A stretch of DNA of 63,106 nucleotides, the filler included, from Reticulomyxa filosa (Eukaryota; Protista; Foraminifera), in NCBI GenBank assembly GCA_000512085.1. It is 16 parts of 16 records of this genome, joined end to end, with 100 filler letters (N's around TTAATTAATTAA, not from the genome) between each part and the next. Parts side by side here need not be neighbours in the genome. Positions count along the whole stretch, not along the records: positions 50,338 to 51,703 come from ASPP01021253.1; positions 51,804 to 53,619 come from ASPP01027346.1; positions 53,720 to 55,068 come from ASPP01035637.1; positions 55,169 to 57,339 come from ASPP01015492.1; positions 57,440 to 59,129 come from ASPP01033729.1; positions 59,230 to 60,441 come from ASPP01038017.1; positions 60,542 to 63,106 come from ASPP01024430.1; 9 more parts are not named here. One strand, 5' to 3'. Every line of letters starts with the position of its first letter. Within the stretch, counting starts at the first letter, position 1. The notes beneath the pieces are model-generated. The model ran no database searches, was not told where the DNA came from, and saw only the letters and a program-made list of their open reading frames with translations. Positions 50,390 to 63,106 of this stretch are shown here, piece after piece. A program made the position numbers and the translations under genes.

Positions 50390-51625
50390 ACCTGTCAAGG
50401 ACAAACAGATCTTCTTTGTCACTACCATACAATGGGAGTTTGAAAAATCTGACCCACCAACCTGCTTCCAATAAATCACACTGCAAGATGGAGTCTTTTC
50501 TTTTGCGAGAATGAATAGTACTTTCTTGTCCAGTGAGAATAATACTGTTGCGATTGGAGCGCTGGTACTTTGTTTTCAAATGTTCGTACAAATAATAAGT
50601 GAGTGAGACACTCGTTTCAAAGCTGTGTTCTACCAACATTCGCACTACTGTTTTACTGTCCATCCATACTTCGTCCCAGTTGGCAACTTCTTCTGTTTTT
50701 TCCGGTTGTGACCCTTTCACCTTGGTTTGTCTCGGTTGTGGTTGCGTTTCAGTTTTCTCGTCAAAATCGTCGTTACTTGGCATTATTTTATTGAATTGCG
50801 TCATTCGACCCCGAACACTTGGTCTATCAAACAGCTGCGACTCAAACTCCTGATCGCTTGGATGGATACCTTACCTCAAACAACAAACCATTTAGATTAC
50901 GCCCTTACGCTAATTTCAAAAAAAAAAAAAGGGGGGGGGATTACAGTATCTTCCTGTCTCCATAAAATATATATATATATCGTACCTAGACACAACAGCA
51001 TTTCATAAACTTTGGAGCCAGAAAAACTGCTATTTTGAAGACTAATTTTGGTGGAACTTTGGAGCTGCTCTTGCGCGAAATAAGTCAAGACGTATTGCTC
51101 GTAAAACTCCTTTTCAATTTCTCTGCGCTCCAACAATTCAATTTCGACGAACAAAGTTCCAATCAATTCGGGCGATGTCTGTCCTTCTTGCTGTCGGTCG
51201 CTACCGTACCATCCCGGGTCGCTGTTTCTTCGTTGCGTTGACGTCTTTCCTTGCGAATCATGGATGGACGGAAAGGAGGTGGGAGTGGCATTACTGGGAT
51301 GGGGTAACAAGCTTATTGTTTCCAATGGAGATATTGGACTTGCCAATGGATTCGTGTTGTAGTTATCACAAGGGTTCATGAATCGCATTAGTGCAGATAC
51401 TGCTTTTTCCTCTGTTGTTATGTATATGTACATATATGTACATTATATACATTACACAATTTAAAAATGAGGTTGTTTTTACACAAAAACAAAAGATATT
51501 ATTGAAAAGACGTTGCATATAAGTATTACAAAAAAAAAATAAAATACCTTTTTCGACAAATCGCGGACTCACTGGTTCTGTAATCCACAATGGTGAAACC
51601 AAAGGCTTGCCGTAGACATTTAACT
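50390..51625 (-). CDS. Internal exons of a large protein, tentatively phosphatidylserine decarboxylase (PSD2-type) N-terminal region
   Basis: EIELLERREIEKEFY and EAGWWVRFFKLPLYG...LFVLDR resemble, from memory, segments that precede the catalytic domain of PSD2/3; catalytic motifs are not in the contig. Confidence 0.35.
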
Positions 51626-51658
51626 TGCTTGAGTTTTTATTTGTTTGTTTGTTTGTCC

Positions 51659-51694
<36 letters not shown>

Positions 51695-54639
51695 TTTGTA
51701 GTGNNNNNNNNNNNNNNNNNNNNNNNNNNNNNNNNNNNNNNNNNNNNTTAATTAATTAANNNNNNNNNNNNNNNNNNNNNNNNNNNNNNNNNNNNNNNNN
51801 NNNAGGCACTCCATTCGGAAGTTTACTGATCAAAAATACAAATGCACTCGAACTCAAGAAATAGCACGGAGAAATGTGTAATTCTATATTGTGTACCAGC
51901 TCAATATAAAAACTTAAAATAGCATATTCTGACATCTTCTTCAAAATATCTTTTTATCACATACATTTCTTCTTATTTAATCATCATTCTCGTTATTGGT
52001 TTGCAATCACGAAAAAGTCACACAAAACACAATATAAAATAATTTAAATGTTTTGATATCTCATATAAATATCGGTCTCATTAAATGTTGAGAGTTCAAT
52101 TCCAACAACACTTCTAGCGCCAATTGATGAAATTTGTATTTACTTTCGATATCCAAGAATGAATAATCGTATCGTGTAGTGAACAACAAATGATATTACG
52201 ACTGTCATTCTCATCATTGTTGGTATCTTTCTTTATTCTCATTCGTAACCAAAGAACTTGCACTTCCAATCACTAATACTACTGCCATTTTTGTTCCCCT
52301 TATTTGCTTAATTGGATTTAGGCTCTACTTTTTCTTTATCGTCTTCTTATTTCTTTCTGTTATACGTCTTTTTGCCATCTACTCCTACTGACGACAAGAA
52401 AACACTGCCTGAGGTCTTTTTTTGCCAGGAATAATGACAAGAATCAATTAATAATTTCGCATAGTTGACGCTTAAGCGTAGCTCTTTTGAGCACTTATTG
52501 TTTTTTTTCTTCATACAAGTTTGGACAATACAAAGTTATCATCTACAATTAATTCCAGTTATCAGTTTTTTCAAAGATAAAAGTGAAAACCAAATGGAAT
52601 CTTTTTACATATTTTCTACTTTCTTTTAGATTAAAATATTTATACTCAAAATTTTTGTACGATAAATATAATTTGAAAAAGATGTCAGGTGAGCTGGATG
52701 AAAGAATTGAAGTTATTATAAAAAAAATACAATTCACACAAAAGACAAACATTTTTCAAACCAAAAATTTGAGTCAAGTATTAAATACTTGCAATCGAAT
52801 ATGCACCAACTTCACTTTATCTTTTCTTACTGGTACCGCAACCACCACTTTCCAATTTCTCGATAAGACAAGTATTGTATTCTTTGGAGCCTATGTTATA
52901 TACGTGTGTATTGGTCATATGCGTTTTAATCATATCATTAAAAAAAAACACTATAACTTGGAATATAGGTTGCGCACAAATCGCCATAATCATCAGCTCA
53001 CCACTTTCAATTGTTTGATTTACTTTCGATCCTCATGATCCACATTACACGATATGGACATCCAATTTTTTTCCCAAATTATACGTCATTCAAAACGCAA
53101 TAATATTATCCATATTTGATGCACGCCACCATCAATAGGTTTCTTCAATGATAAACAAATAAATTTTACTGGAGAAATGAAAGGTGCGTGTGTTGTAGTG
53201 CGTGTCAGATTCAACGACATATCAGCAACAATCCGAGCAGTGTTTACTTTCATCTACTGCAATCAGCGATATTGCTACTGCCGATGTTGCTGTCACAATT
53301 GCCATTATCGCTGGGAACTCGCTGCAGCACCAATGACAATTTAAACAGCAAAAATGTTTCCATTCGCATTCCAATATTTCATTGATATACTTTGAAATAT
53401 CTATTAAAAAATTTCAAGTAACATATATCACATACATATAAAATAAATAATCAATATACGTATAAAGATGTTGTGTTTCCATTAGTTATTGAATATGTAC
53501 ATATAAAAAAAAGAGTGCATATAAAAAACTTTTTCAAGGAATGGATCCAAATACGGACTATAACGACAGGTATTTCAATGATCACTGTTCCCATCAAGTA
53601 TTCCGCTATTTTATGACGANNNNNNNNNNNNNNNNNNNNNNNNNNNNNNNNNNNNNNNNNNNNTTAATTAATTAANNNNNNNNNNNNNNNNNNNNNNNNN
53701 NNNNNNNNNNNNNNNNNNNATTTATTTTAAACCTCCCTTGTATAAAGATATAATGGCATGCTCAGTGGAGTGGCTGAGTGTCACGTTGTGCAAGAATATG
53801 AGACGCCTTATTCTTCATAAGGATAACATAAAAAAAATTTCTAACAAAAACAACCCCCAAATTAACTAAAACAAACCAAAACAAATTTGAAAAAAATGTC
53901 ATCGTTTAAAGTAATTTCATTGGAAAAAAAAATTTTTCCGTTACGCAAAATTTATTGCAAGCTTTCAGCGTCAACTTCGTATCTGTAAGTCGCATTTTTT
54001 TTTTTTTTTCACTTGAATTGGAAACATTACTTTGACAATTGGCATTTTATGGAATCGTTTCACCTCTTGTATTTGATATCCATAATCCTCCAATGTTTCT
54101 TTAATTTCATTTTCACTTCATGAATTGATACACCTCGAAGCAGGACATATCTATTAATTTCGTTTTATCTTTTGTTCAGCAGCAAATGTCTTAAGATAAA
54201 TATCACATCTTGGCTGCTTTACAATTCTTTGGTTGTCGTTGCTGTTCAATTTGCACATTTTTAGAATTATTGAAGTTATGAGCAAGCTGATCATTAATAT
54301 CAACTGCAAAATGAACAAATAATGTACTGAAATTTCCAGAAAATGTATGTGACAATACTTTTCTGGACAATACATTACTGTTCTTCAATCCAAGTAACTT
54401 AATTACTGCTGTAGCTGATTTGAGTTCTTTGGATTTGATATTTGTGACGACAATCGTTGGCCGTCGCACTTTCGTATTCTTTTTTCACACATTTTCAAAT
54501 GTCACTTCTTCAATCTTCTTTTCTTCATTTTTTTGCAAACTTGAACTGTGTACTGCAACTTGAAGCGTTGACGAAAGTGTATTTAACATGTCTGATTTAC
54601 CATTAGATCGGATGCTTGATCCAATTCGATGTACCAATA

Positions 54640-55068
54640 TGCAAACAGATCTATGATCAGTAGTCTATTGGTATTCCAGAATAATATCAACGGATTTTAT
54701 TCCAAGGCCCAGAACAGAATTTGCATTATAAGCACCATGTCTGTTTATTGCAAGAAGGATAATTCCAGCATTTATACGTTCATCACTGGAGTGAGATAGG
54801 AAGATCTGGAGTGTTATATCGAAGAGATTTACGCTCAATATCACGATTATTCAATAATGTGACTAATACATTTAATGATTTGTGGTCAAAAGAAATCGTT
54901 ATTGTTCTGCAGTTTCTATCGAAACCTGCAGTGTAGTCACTTTAATATTCAAGCACTCGAGCAAGAATTACAATATGTTCAGAAAATTACTAAATACATT
55001 ATCATTGGAGGAGATTGGAATGCAATTGAAGAAACATTGACAATTGGATGCAATCTATTGAGTAACAC
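54640..55068 (+). mobile_element. Non-LTR retrotransposon (LINE) AP-endonuclease fragment, degenerate
   Basis: LLVFQNNINGF...LLFCSFYR...IIIGGDWNA are APE/EEP-fold motifs; frameshifts and stops present. Confidence 0.75.
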
Positions 55069-58043
55069 NNNNNNNNNNNNNNNNNNNNNNNNNNNNNNNN
55101 NNNNNNNNNNNNTTAATTAATTAANNNNNNNNNNNNNNNNNNNNNNNNNNNNNNNNNNNNNNNNNNNNAAATTTTGAATCAGATAAAACCTTTTGTGAAA
55201 TTTTTGAAAAAAAAATTTGTTGAACAAAATAAAATTTACTTCAACAATTCCGCTAATTTATTCTAAAGAATTCCTTTTTCTCTAGTACATAGTACAAATT
55301 ATTTTTTGTGGATTTTTTTGTTTGTTCGATTTGGTCTCAAATTGACCGCAAACTGATCCAGCACCAGGATGCGTGTCGAATGATTTAACATTAGAATTAT
55401 TGTCAATTGGCTGCGCTTCAAAATATAAATCGATTGATCCAGTATCATACTGATTGTCATTGTCAACTTTATTTTCAATTAATATTTCTTTTAATTTTAA
55501 ATTGATTCAACAATTCTTCATTTGCTTTTTATATGTCTTTATTTTGTTTGACGTATCATCTTGATGTAAATACATTTTCTAAAAGATTGAACTTTCTTTT
55601 CAATTATTGCTTTATATTGCTAATCGTTCGTATTAGTGAAATATAAATTAACAATACATTTATTATCTAAATTAAGATCTCAAATATAGCTTTTCAATTT
55701 TATTTCTTACATTTTAGCCGTCGACGTTGTGTATTATACTGTTTTTCAATTGAGCATATGTTTTTCATTATTTTAATTTGCCAATACTACATCTTTCATT
55801 GTCAAAAATTTTCATATTGTTATTATCAATTTTCAATATAAATGACTGTATCGCTATTTGTCAATTATTCGAAACTGTTCTCATTAGCGTATGTCTGACC
55901 ATTAATTGAGATAGACTTACAATACTGACTTTGAACTTCCAACAAAGCCTTTTTTTTGTAGAAAGAGAAATTAACGTCTAAGATTGAATATTTAAAAAAG
56001 GACAAAATGACAACTTTCTTTATTTTAGCTAAGACGATGTTTAAATATTAATCAATTGTTAGCTTTTTGTTCTTTGTAAAAAAAATGTAAACAAATTTTT
56101 TTTATTCACCAGACTTTGAATCGCAACTATTGTTCGGCAACTTTTTCAAATTTTTTCGCTTGTCTAAATCAGCATCAAATTTTATTAGTTTTGCAATTCC
56201 AAATATATAAAAATTGCAAAATTGTAGAATTAGTATAAAAAAAAAAATTAACAATTGTAAACATACTTGCGATTCAAGTAATTTTCAATTTTTATGCATG
56301 TATGTTTGTGATTATTCTATCGACAGTTCGTTGTTTATTATTAAAACATCCGAATATTCAATAACTTATTTCCAAACATTTACAACAAAAAAAACTCAAG
56401 CAAAACGTTTCAACAGCAATTTGTATGGCACATGGTAAATTACTTAAATCAGAAAGAATTTGTACAATTGCATCATGAGTGAAATTACACATATAATGTT
56501 TTATGATTAAAAATAAACAAAGTAAATAAATGTTATTCAAAAACGATAATGTTGATTAAAAAACTAACAATATAAAAACTAATAATAAAAAAGCAAATAC
56601 ATTTATTAGAACAGCAAAAATTATAGCGAACATCAATTATCCTACTTGTATTTTCCACTGGAAAAACTCTAGTCATAACAGATCATTAAAAGTACTTTTC
56701 TTTTAATAGATTTCATTGCGAGAAAATAAAATTCAGGACTCAGGTAAAACTATTATATTATTTGTCGATGACAAATAAAAAATACATATTTAAAAAATTG
56801 TATATGATAATATTTATTTACAAAGTATAAATGTACTTGTTTATAAATGATAGATTATTGCAAATTTTGTTTTATTTGTTTTTACTTTTATCTTTTTAAC
56901 TTTTTTAAACGAATAATTTTCTTTACTTGTCGAATTTTATTGTTGTCGAATATTTTTTAGAAATTTTCTAAAGTATAAATATTAAAATCTTTGGTTAAAG
57001 ATTTATTTATTGGAGAAAATCAGTCACAAAAAATATTTATCAAATATTTGTTCAATAATTTGTATTTGTTTTGATTGTAGCGTGTTTAAAAGGTTCGATT
57101 CGTAATTGATAATTTATTTTCCGTAAGACTTCACAACAATTTTTTCATATTTTGGCTGCATTCATAATGAAAATAAATGAGAACAAATGATAGAAATGAC
57201 ATTTGTTACAATATTGATATGACAAAAGTTATAAAAGAACTTGTAAGACGAACAACGAAGAGTAACATCCATGCTTTCTTTTGGATCGACGAGTAAAAAT
57301 TTTTCTTTCAAAAATATGTAGAAATAAGAACCTTTGAAANNNNNNNNNNNNNNNNNNNNNNNNNNNNNNNNNNNNNNNNNNNNTTAATTAATTAANNNNN
57401 NNNNNNNNNNNNNNNNNNNNNNNNNNNNNNNNNNNNNNNGTATCAAATATGGATAATGTTATTATGTTTTGAAAAAAAAAATTAGATGTCCATATCATGT
57501 TATGTGGCTCATGACGGATTGAAAGCGGTGAGCTTGTTATTGTCGTGAATGTGCAATCAATATTCCAAGTTATAATGTTTTTTTGTAATGTGATTGAAAT
57601 ATGTATGACAATACACACGTATATAACATAGGTCTCCAAAGATACAATATCTGCCTATCAAGGAATTGGAAAGTCTTTGTGGTGGTTGCGTGTCAAGCAA
57701 GAGTGAAGCAAAGTGCAATCAACGCCAAATGTGGCATATTTGATCGCAAGTATTTAACGCTTGCCTAACATGTTGCTTGAAAAATTTGCCTTTTTGTGTG
57801 AATTGTACTTTTTTTTGGTTTTCTTTTAATAAAATTTTAATCTCTGGACCATCTGAAATCTTTTATTTAAAAAATTCTGAACTTTAATATTTAAAAAAAA
57901 GTGCATTAGACTGCGAAAGGAATTGATTTTTGCCACTGTTGGCAAAAAAGATCTCGGACATCATGTGGGAGAAATGAAAAAAAAAAATACGTATAACAAT
58001 AGTGTTCGTTATTTTCTAAAAAAAAGTCATAGTTGAGCCATCT

Positions 58044-59118
58044 CTAAAACAATGTTCCCCTTTTTCTTTGGCAAAAACGAGATTGTCCCGAATTTTTCAA
58101 ATATCTGTTCGATCTTTCATTCATGGTGACAGCGTTTTTGCCGAATGTTCCCTCGAAAATCAAATTTGGATTTACTGGTACATCTTTGATAAAAAAGTCG
58201 TGTCCCAGGAAGGGAATCCACAAACATGCCTTCCAATATCGTTGCATTGCTTTTTTTTGAAGTTCAAAAAAACCTATGGTGGGAACCCTTGTTCGACGAC
58301 CCACCAGTACCCACGATATTGGTATCCATTGTATGAAGTATCATCAACTTAGTAGTGCCCAAACAAATTGGGATGATGTGATATGTAATTTGAAAAACTG
58401 AAGTGACAGCAATCCGCCGTTTTCGTAACATACAATAAATGACTCCTTTTCAACAACCATCCAATGCTGAAGATTGTCCGTCATGTTGCATATGTAAAAC
58501 GTCTTGTGGTGATTCAAATGGTCCAAATTCTCCTTATCTATTGTTACTTCACGAGCCATTCGCAAGTATTCCTGGACACACTTCAGAGGGTGTTTGCTCT
58601 GGTTCATTCTCACTGAAGCTCTATGTATCGTCATCTTTACTTTTAGAAGGATCAAAGAGGAGATACAATCTTCCAATAAGCTTTTGAAAATGCTTCTTCA
58701 TCTGGGGTTGGGAAACTTAAACAATTGTATGGAGGACAGGTGCTTATGTATTATACGCACAATAATCTTTTTCGGCCAACAAAACAATGGACAGAAATAT
58801 TTTGGATAAGATTGGGACTGTGAAGAGCACTTTGACAAACAATTTGTCACCGTCATTCATTGTCAAACCATTGTTATTCCTTGCATTTTTTTTATGTTTG
58901 TATTTGTATTTATGTTTTGAAATGGTTTCGTCGTTTTCATCGTGGATTGTACTCCTGCGTTCAAAAGATAATTCAGGTCCAAATGCATGTATGTCGTTGT
59001 TGTCTACAGAATCCGTTATCATTATCATTGACTCTTCTGTTAGTTTTGAGATAATTCTCTCTTGGACTATGATACTGTCTTGACGCACACTCAATTGTCG
59101 CTGTAGCGTTTCCGCCAC
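58044..59118 (-). pseudogene. Unknown protein, 3' part, apparently frameshifted
   Basis: Three consecutive coding-like minus-strand ORFs in different frames with no clear introns between them. Confidence 0.4.
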
Positions 59119-59229
59119 TGGTCACAATTNNNNNNNNNNNNNNNNNNNNNNNNNNNNNNNNNNNNNNNNNNNNTTAATTAATTAANNNNNNNNNNNNNNN
59201 NNNNNNNNNNNNNNNNNNNNNNNNNNNNN

Positions 59230-59382
59230 CATTGGTATTTTGGAGAAGGAATGGAAGAAGGAGAGCTCACTGAGGCTCGTGAAGGCTTGGTGTGTCTAGA
59301 AAAAGATTATATGGATGTTTTGATCGAGCAAGTAAGTGATGACTATTTTAGTGATTGCACCGCTGATGATGATTGTTTTTGA
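59230..59382 (+). CDS. Divergent alpha-tubulin, C-terminal 50 aa
   Basis: [50 protein letters not shown] versus canonical [30 protein letters not shown]. Not in the ORF track. Confidence 0.9.
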   Translation, partial: HWYFGEGMEEGELTEAREGLVCLEKDYMDVLIEQVSDDYFSDCTADDDCF

Positions 59383-59659
59383 CACTTTTTTTGTTCGACA
59401 TACTTTCACTTTTCCATAAAGCTGAAGTTATCTTTTTCAGAAAACAATCGATTTGATTCAGTTGTAGAATTGTGGTATATTATGTTATCCTTAATAACTG
59501 TTACGATTAGCGCTTTAACATTTTGTAGTTTATACAAAAATCTCTTTGTAAATTGGAAACATCACATCAAATAATTAAAAAATAAATCCAAGGATTGACT
59601 TGGATTCTTTGATTTTATATAAAAGTTTGAACATTTTTTCGTCCAAGACTACCTGAGCG

Positions 59660-60217
59660 AAAAAATAAAAAATGGAAAGAATGGATTCGAACACTATGTA
59701 TTAAATTTGGATACTCACGCCTTGACAAAATTGTTGTTAATATGTTTGTTTTCTATTTAACTGTAATCAATATATTAAGAAGTTTATTTGTTATTCATTA
59801 TTATAGGCAAGTAGAGTCTTCGTGCTTGACATGTTCCATTCATTATCTAAATTACTCAAAGCTTTCAAAGGACACACTTTTTGGGTGAATAGCATTGATT
59901 TTTTGATGTCCAATAATAATCAATACCTTTGTTCTGGATCGGCTGATAAAACAGTTCGTGTATGGATGTAGGAGCAAGCAAATAAATTCAGTTCTTCAAT
60001 GGACATTCACATTATGTTAGTTATGATAATGATACTACACAACAATCGTCGTAATGTCATTTGTTCTTCATCATGGGACAACATCATTCGTTTTTGGGAT
60101 TTCAAAGATAATCAACAATTGAACATATCAATGAACACGCTGATTCTATTTATGGAATTGAATTTTCATCATTTAACGGTAGTCGATATTTATGTTCTGG
60201 GTCTGGCAACAAAGCTA
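59660..60217 (+). pseudogene. WD40-repeat pseudogene cut by a TIR element
   Basis: KLLKAFKGHTFWVNSIDF...LCSGSADKTVRVW and VICSSSWDNIIRFWD with frameshifts. Confidence 0.8.
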
Positions 60218-60441
60218 CATTAGATTGCAAAAAAAACTGACATACCTAAATGGCACCATATGAATAGAATCGATTTTCTCAATGAAAAATAAAGATTTAA
60301 ACATAATTTTTTTTAAACATATCTACTAATCTTGTAGTTTTTAAATATGAAATTGGTTTTATGATAAGTTTTTCATATGTTGATCAAAAATATGATTTTT
60401 TAATGATTTTTAAAAATTTCGAAGGAGTTCATATAAATTGA
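60218..60441. mobile_element. TIR-family end (diverged) at a contig break
   Basis: TA|CATTAGATTGCAAAAAAAACTGA...ACCTAAA...GATTTTCTCAATGAAAAAT...TCTTGTAGTTTTTAAATATGA. Confidence 0.75.
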
Positions 60442-60541
60442 NNNNNNNNNNNNNNNNNNNNNNNNNNNNNNNNNNNNNNNNNNNNTTAATTAATTAANNN
60501 NNNNNNNNNNNNNNNNNNNNNNNNNNNNNNNNNNNNNNNNN

Positions 60542-60623
60542 CTAAATGTTGATTTTTCATTGAGAAAATCAATTATCATCATAAGATATGTTTTAGGCGT
60601 TCAGTTTTCTTTGCAACCTAATG
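60542..60623. mobile_element. TIR-family end at a contig start
   Basis: ...ATAAGATATGTTTTAGGCGTTCAGTTTTCTTTGCAACCTAATG|TA, an inverted near-identical match to 27811 onward. Confidence 0.85.
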
Positions 60624-61160
60624 TACGTTGTATTTATGCGTAGTATTTTTTTGTTGCTATTCATTGACGAATTGATTGACAGACTGACTACTTTTTTTTA
60701 TTGGTTAATTGACAGATTTTTTTTGTTTGTTTCTATTGATTGATTAACTGCTTTTTTGTTTCCAAAATGTTGTTGGATTGAGAGCCACATTTAAAAAAAA
60801 AGTTTGCACGAAAACATCTTTAAAAAATTATTTTAAAAAAAAAACAACAATGGATGAAATTAAAATTTAAAAATTAAAAAACAAATAAAAAAATGTTTTT
60901 TATTCCACACAATAAACTAACGAACAATAAATTGCTTATTGTAAGGACAGGAGAAATACTCTCCAAATCTTTAGATTCAATATTAAATCCAGCTGGCTTG
61001 TTCTCCTTTGACCCAACCAATCCAAGAAGGGCTACCAAACATTGCAACAGAGTGGATGGATCAATGCCACTTTGATGGCATAAAAAAAATTTGAGTTTGT
61101 CGATCAGAATTGAAAAAGAACATATTCCTAAAAATTAAAAAAATGAAACACAAGCACAAT

Positions 61161-62310
61161 TTATTCACAAAAATATAGTTTCCCATTTTTTGTTCCTAAA
61201 CATATCGTGTTTTTTCCTTTTTTTTTCATAAAATTAAAACTAGTGATTCTACCATCATTCTTATCCCCATAAAGAGTAAATAGTTGTTTTGCACACGAAC
61301 GAATATCCCAAAAACGAATTGTATTATCATATGATCCAGAACATATCACATCTGAATAATCACCCGATTCAATATTTTCTATTATATATGGAGAGAATTC
61401 AGCTGAATAAATACCACATTTATGTCCATATAATGATCCAACTACTTTATTGTATCGAATATCATACAAATGAATGTTATTATCCCATGATCAAGATAAA
61501 ATTAAATTTGAGCCACCTTTAGTTTCTAACTTATTCGAGCCATATTTTAAACTTATAATGCCGTTTTTGTGTGCATTAATGGTAAGTAATTGTTTGCACG
61601 TGTTTATATCCCACACACGAATGGTATTATCATATGATCCAGAACAAAAACTAAATCCATTTCCATCAATCACACCAAGATTACTGACATTTAATGGTGC
61701 GCAATCTAAGCATCTAACAGTACGTGTATGCTATCTGTAAATATGTAATAAGTTGGATACACTAATATAACATAAATAAATATTATTGTCACCACAGCCA
61801 GAAAATAAATATTGACTGACTTCAAGTGGTGAGAATTCAATACAAAAAACACAGTTTTTATATCCATGTAATAGATCAAACTGGTTCTTTTTTTCTATAT
61901 CCCAAAACCGAATAGTTTCGTCTAGTGATGCCGAACAAATGACATTCCACCACATATTTTTATAGAACAGTGGAAATTTCACGCAATACACCCAGTTTGA
62001 ATGTCCATCTAATGACAAAATTTGTTCATTTTCATTTATACTCCATACACGAACTGTTTTATCATTTGATCCTGAACAAATGAATAGGTTACCATCAAAT
62101 ATAGAATGACAATATCAGTGTGCCCAGTCAATGTTTTAAGTAATTTGGTTAACCCTCTGTAACAATTAGAATCAAAATTGTCGTTTTCTGTATTAAATTG
62201 ACAATGATCGTTATCATTATTATGTTAATAATAAAAAAACTTAACATTATTGACAACAACTATATCAAGGAAACAATACCATCATCTAAACAGCCAGTGT
62301 TCGAATCCAG
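61161..62310 (-). pseudogene. WD40-repeat gene with frameshifts (same family as 59660-60217)
   Basis: Repeats GHSNWVYCVKF...ICSASLDETIRFWD, FCSGSYDNTIRVWD and ICSGSYDNTIRFWD are spread over several frames. Confidence 0.8.
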
Positions 62311-63106
62311 TAATAAATAATTAGTTTAATCTCTTGTTTTGACTGTTTGTAGTTACAAGAATAAATATATAAGATAAAATGCATTTACCAAAATTATTTT
62401 ATACTCGTGCATCGTTAGGTTCTGTAGGCAAAGTATTTTTGGCAGTCCCTTTATTCGCAAAAAACGTCAAGTTTTAAGACCATGCACATTATAATTTTGA
62501 ACAAATTATTCTTCTATTGTTCTTTTCTCAGTGAAAAAAATACCGATATTCAATTTTACTTTTTTTAGTGATATTAGTTTAGATAAAAAAGAAATATTAA
62601 ACGACTCTATTCTTTGTGATTTAATGAATTCTGTATTAATTCGAATCGCGGATGAGAAATAAGGACTGTCGTGGTCGAAAATACCTTGTCTTTTGTCGAG
62701 TGCGGCATTGACAATTATATATCGCTTCAAAAATTCATTAAAAAGTAATACACCTGCGTACCTTGCGCCATCAGATATTTACGTCTTTTTTTTTTTGTTT
62801 CTCCATTTTGTCAATTAATCTTAGCTCTCTTCTCTTCCTGCTTTAGATATCGGCGATTGCATCATCAAGTGCTTCAATTCTTAATGACAGTTTGCTGTTA
62901 CCTTTCAACTGTCTTTGTGCTTTTCTTTTCTTTCATGTTGATTGCAATGGCATACATATGTGCAATGACCAATATATATCAAATACAGTACGATGACGTG
63001 ATTGACCAAATTGTGGCAATGCTGTCACAAGATATCCTAATGATGCGTGCCACAAAGCTTTGGCTCGGCGTATGGTATCAATTGTGTAATGGCCCAATTG
63101 TTGGTA

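Noticed and set aside
11458-60541. Regularly recurring TTAATTAATTAA within N-runs as a biological repeat, and ORFs ending in XXX-LIN
   Set aside because: Artificial six-frame-stop linker from contig concatenation.
62700-63106. Possible gag-like zinc-knuckle relic on the minus strand (QQLGHY)
   Set aside because: Cys/His spacing is too broken to support a call.

Overview
AT-rich, intron-containing eukaryotic DNA (standard genetic code). It is not one locus: 16 contig segments are joined by 15 artificial 100-bp spacers (N44-TTAATTAATTAA-N44), so adjacency across spacers means nothing. The short A/T-rich introns, the expanded WD40 and NACHT-WD40 families and a divergent alpha-tubulin tail suggest a foraminiferan such as Reticulomyxa (inference). 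Recognisable genes: tetraspanin (last exon), ATG8, GMP reductase, a Tctex-1 dynein light chain, an Mx/dynamin-like GTPase, an F-box/coiled-coil protein, PSMG3/PAC3, a very-large-GTPase (GVIN/URGCP)-like protein carrying an inserted YfaP/DUF2135-like domain, RPL15, DMAP1/SWC4, a 7TM protein, MGAT1, an FkbM methyltransferase, two SPRY-like exons, an ion-channel fragment and several WD40 or NACHT-WD40 genes and pseudogenes. Mobile DNA: a decayed Gypsy element with LTR end and primer-binding site, three solo LTRs (two with perfect 4-bp TSDs, one with a 1-mismatch TSD), a TA-flanked Tc1/mariner-type TIR family that sits at several contig ends, and a LINE endonuclease fragment. The most unusual unexplained signal is a tandem array of about six hairpins (42633-43046) with a conserved bulge/4-bp helix/internal-loop core, basal stems that differ in sequence but keep pairing, and variable apical stems.
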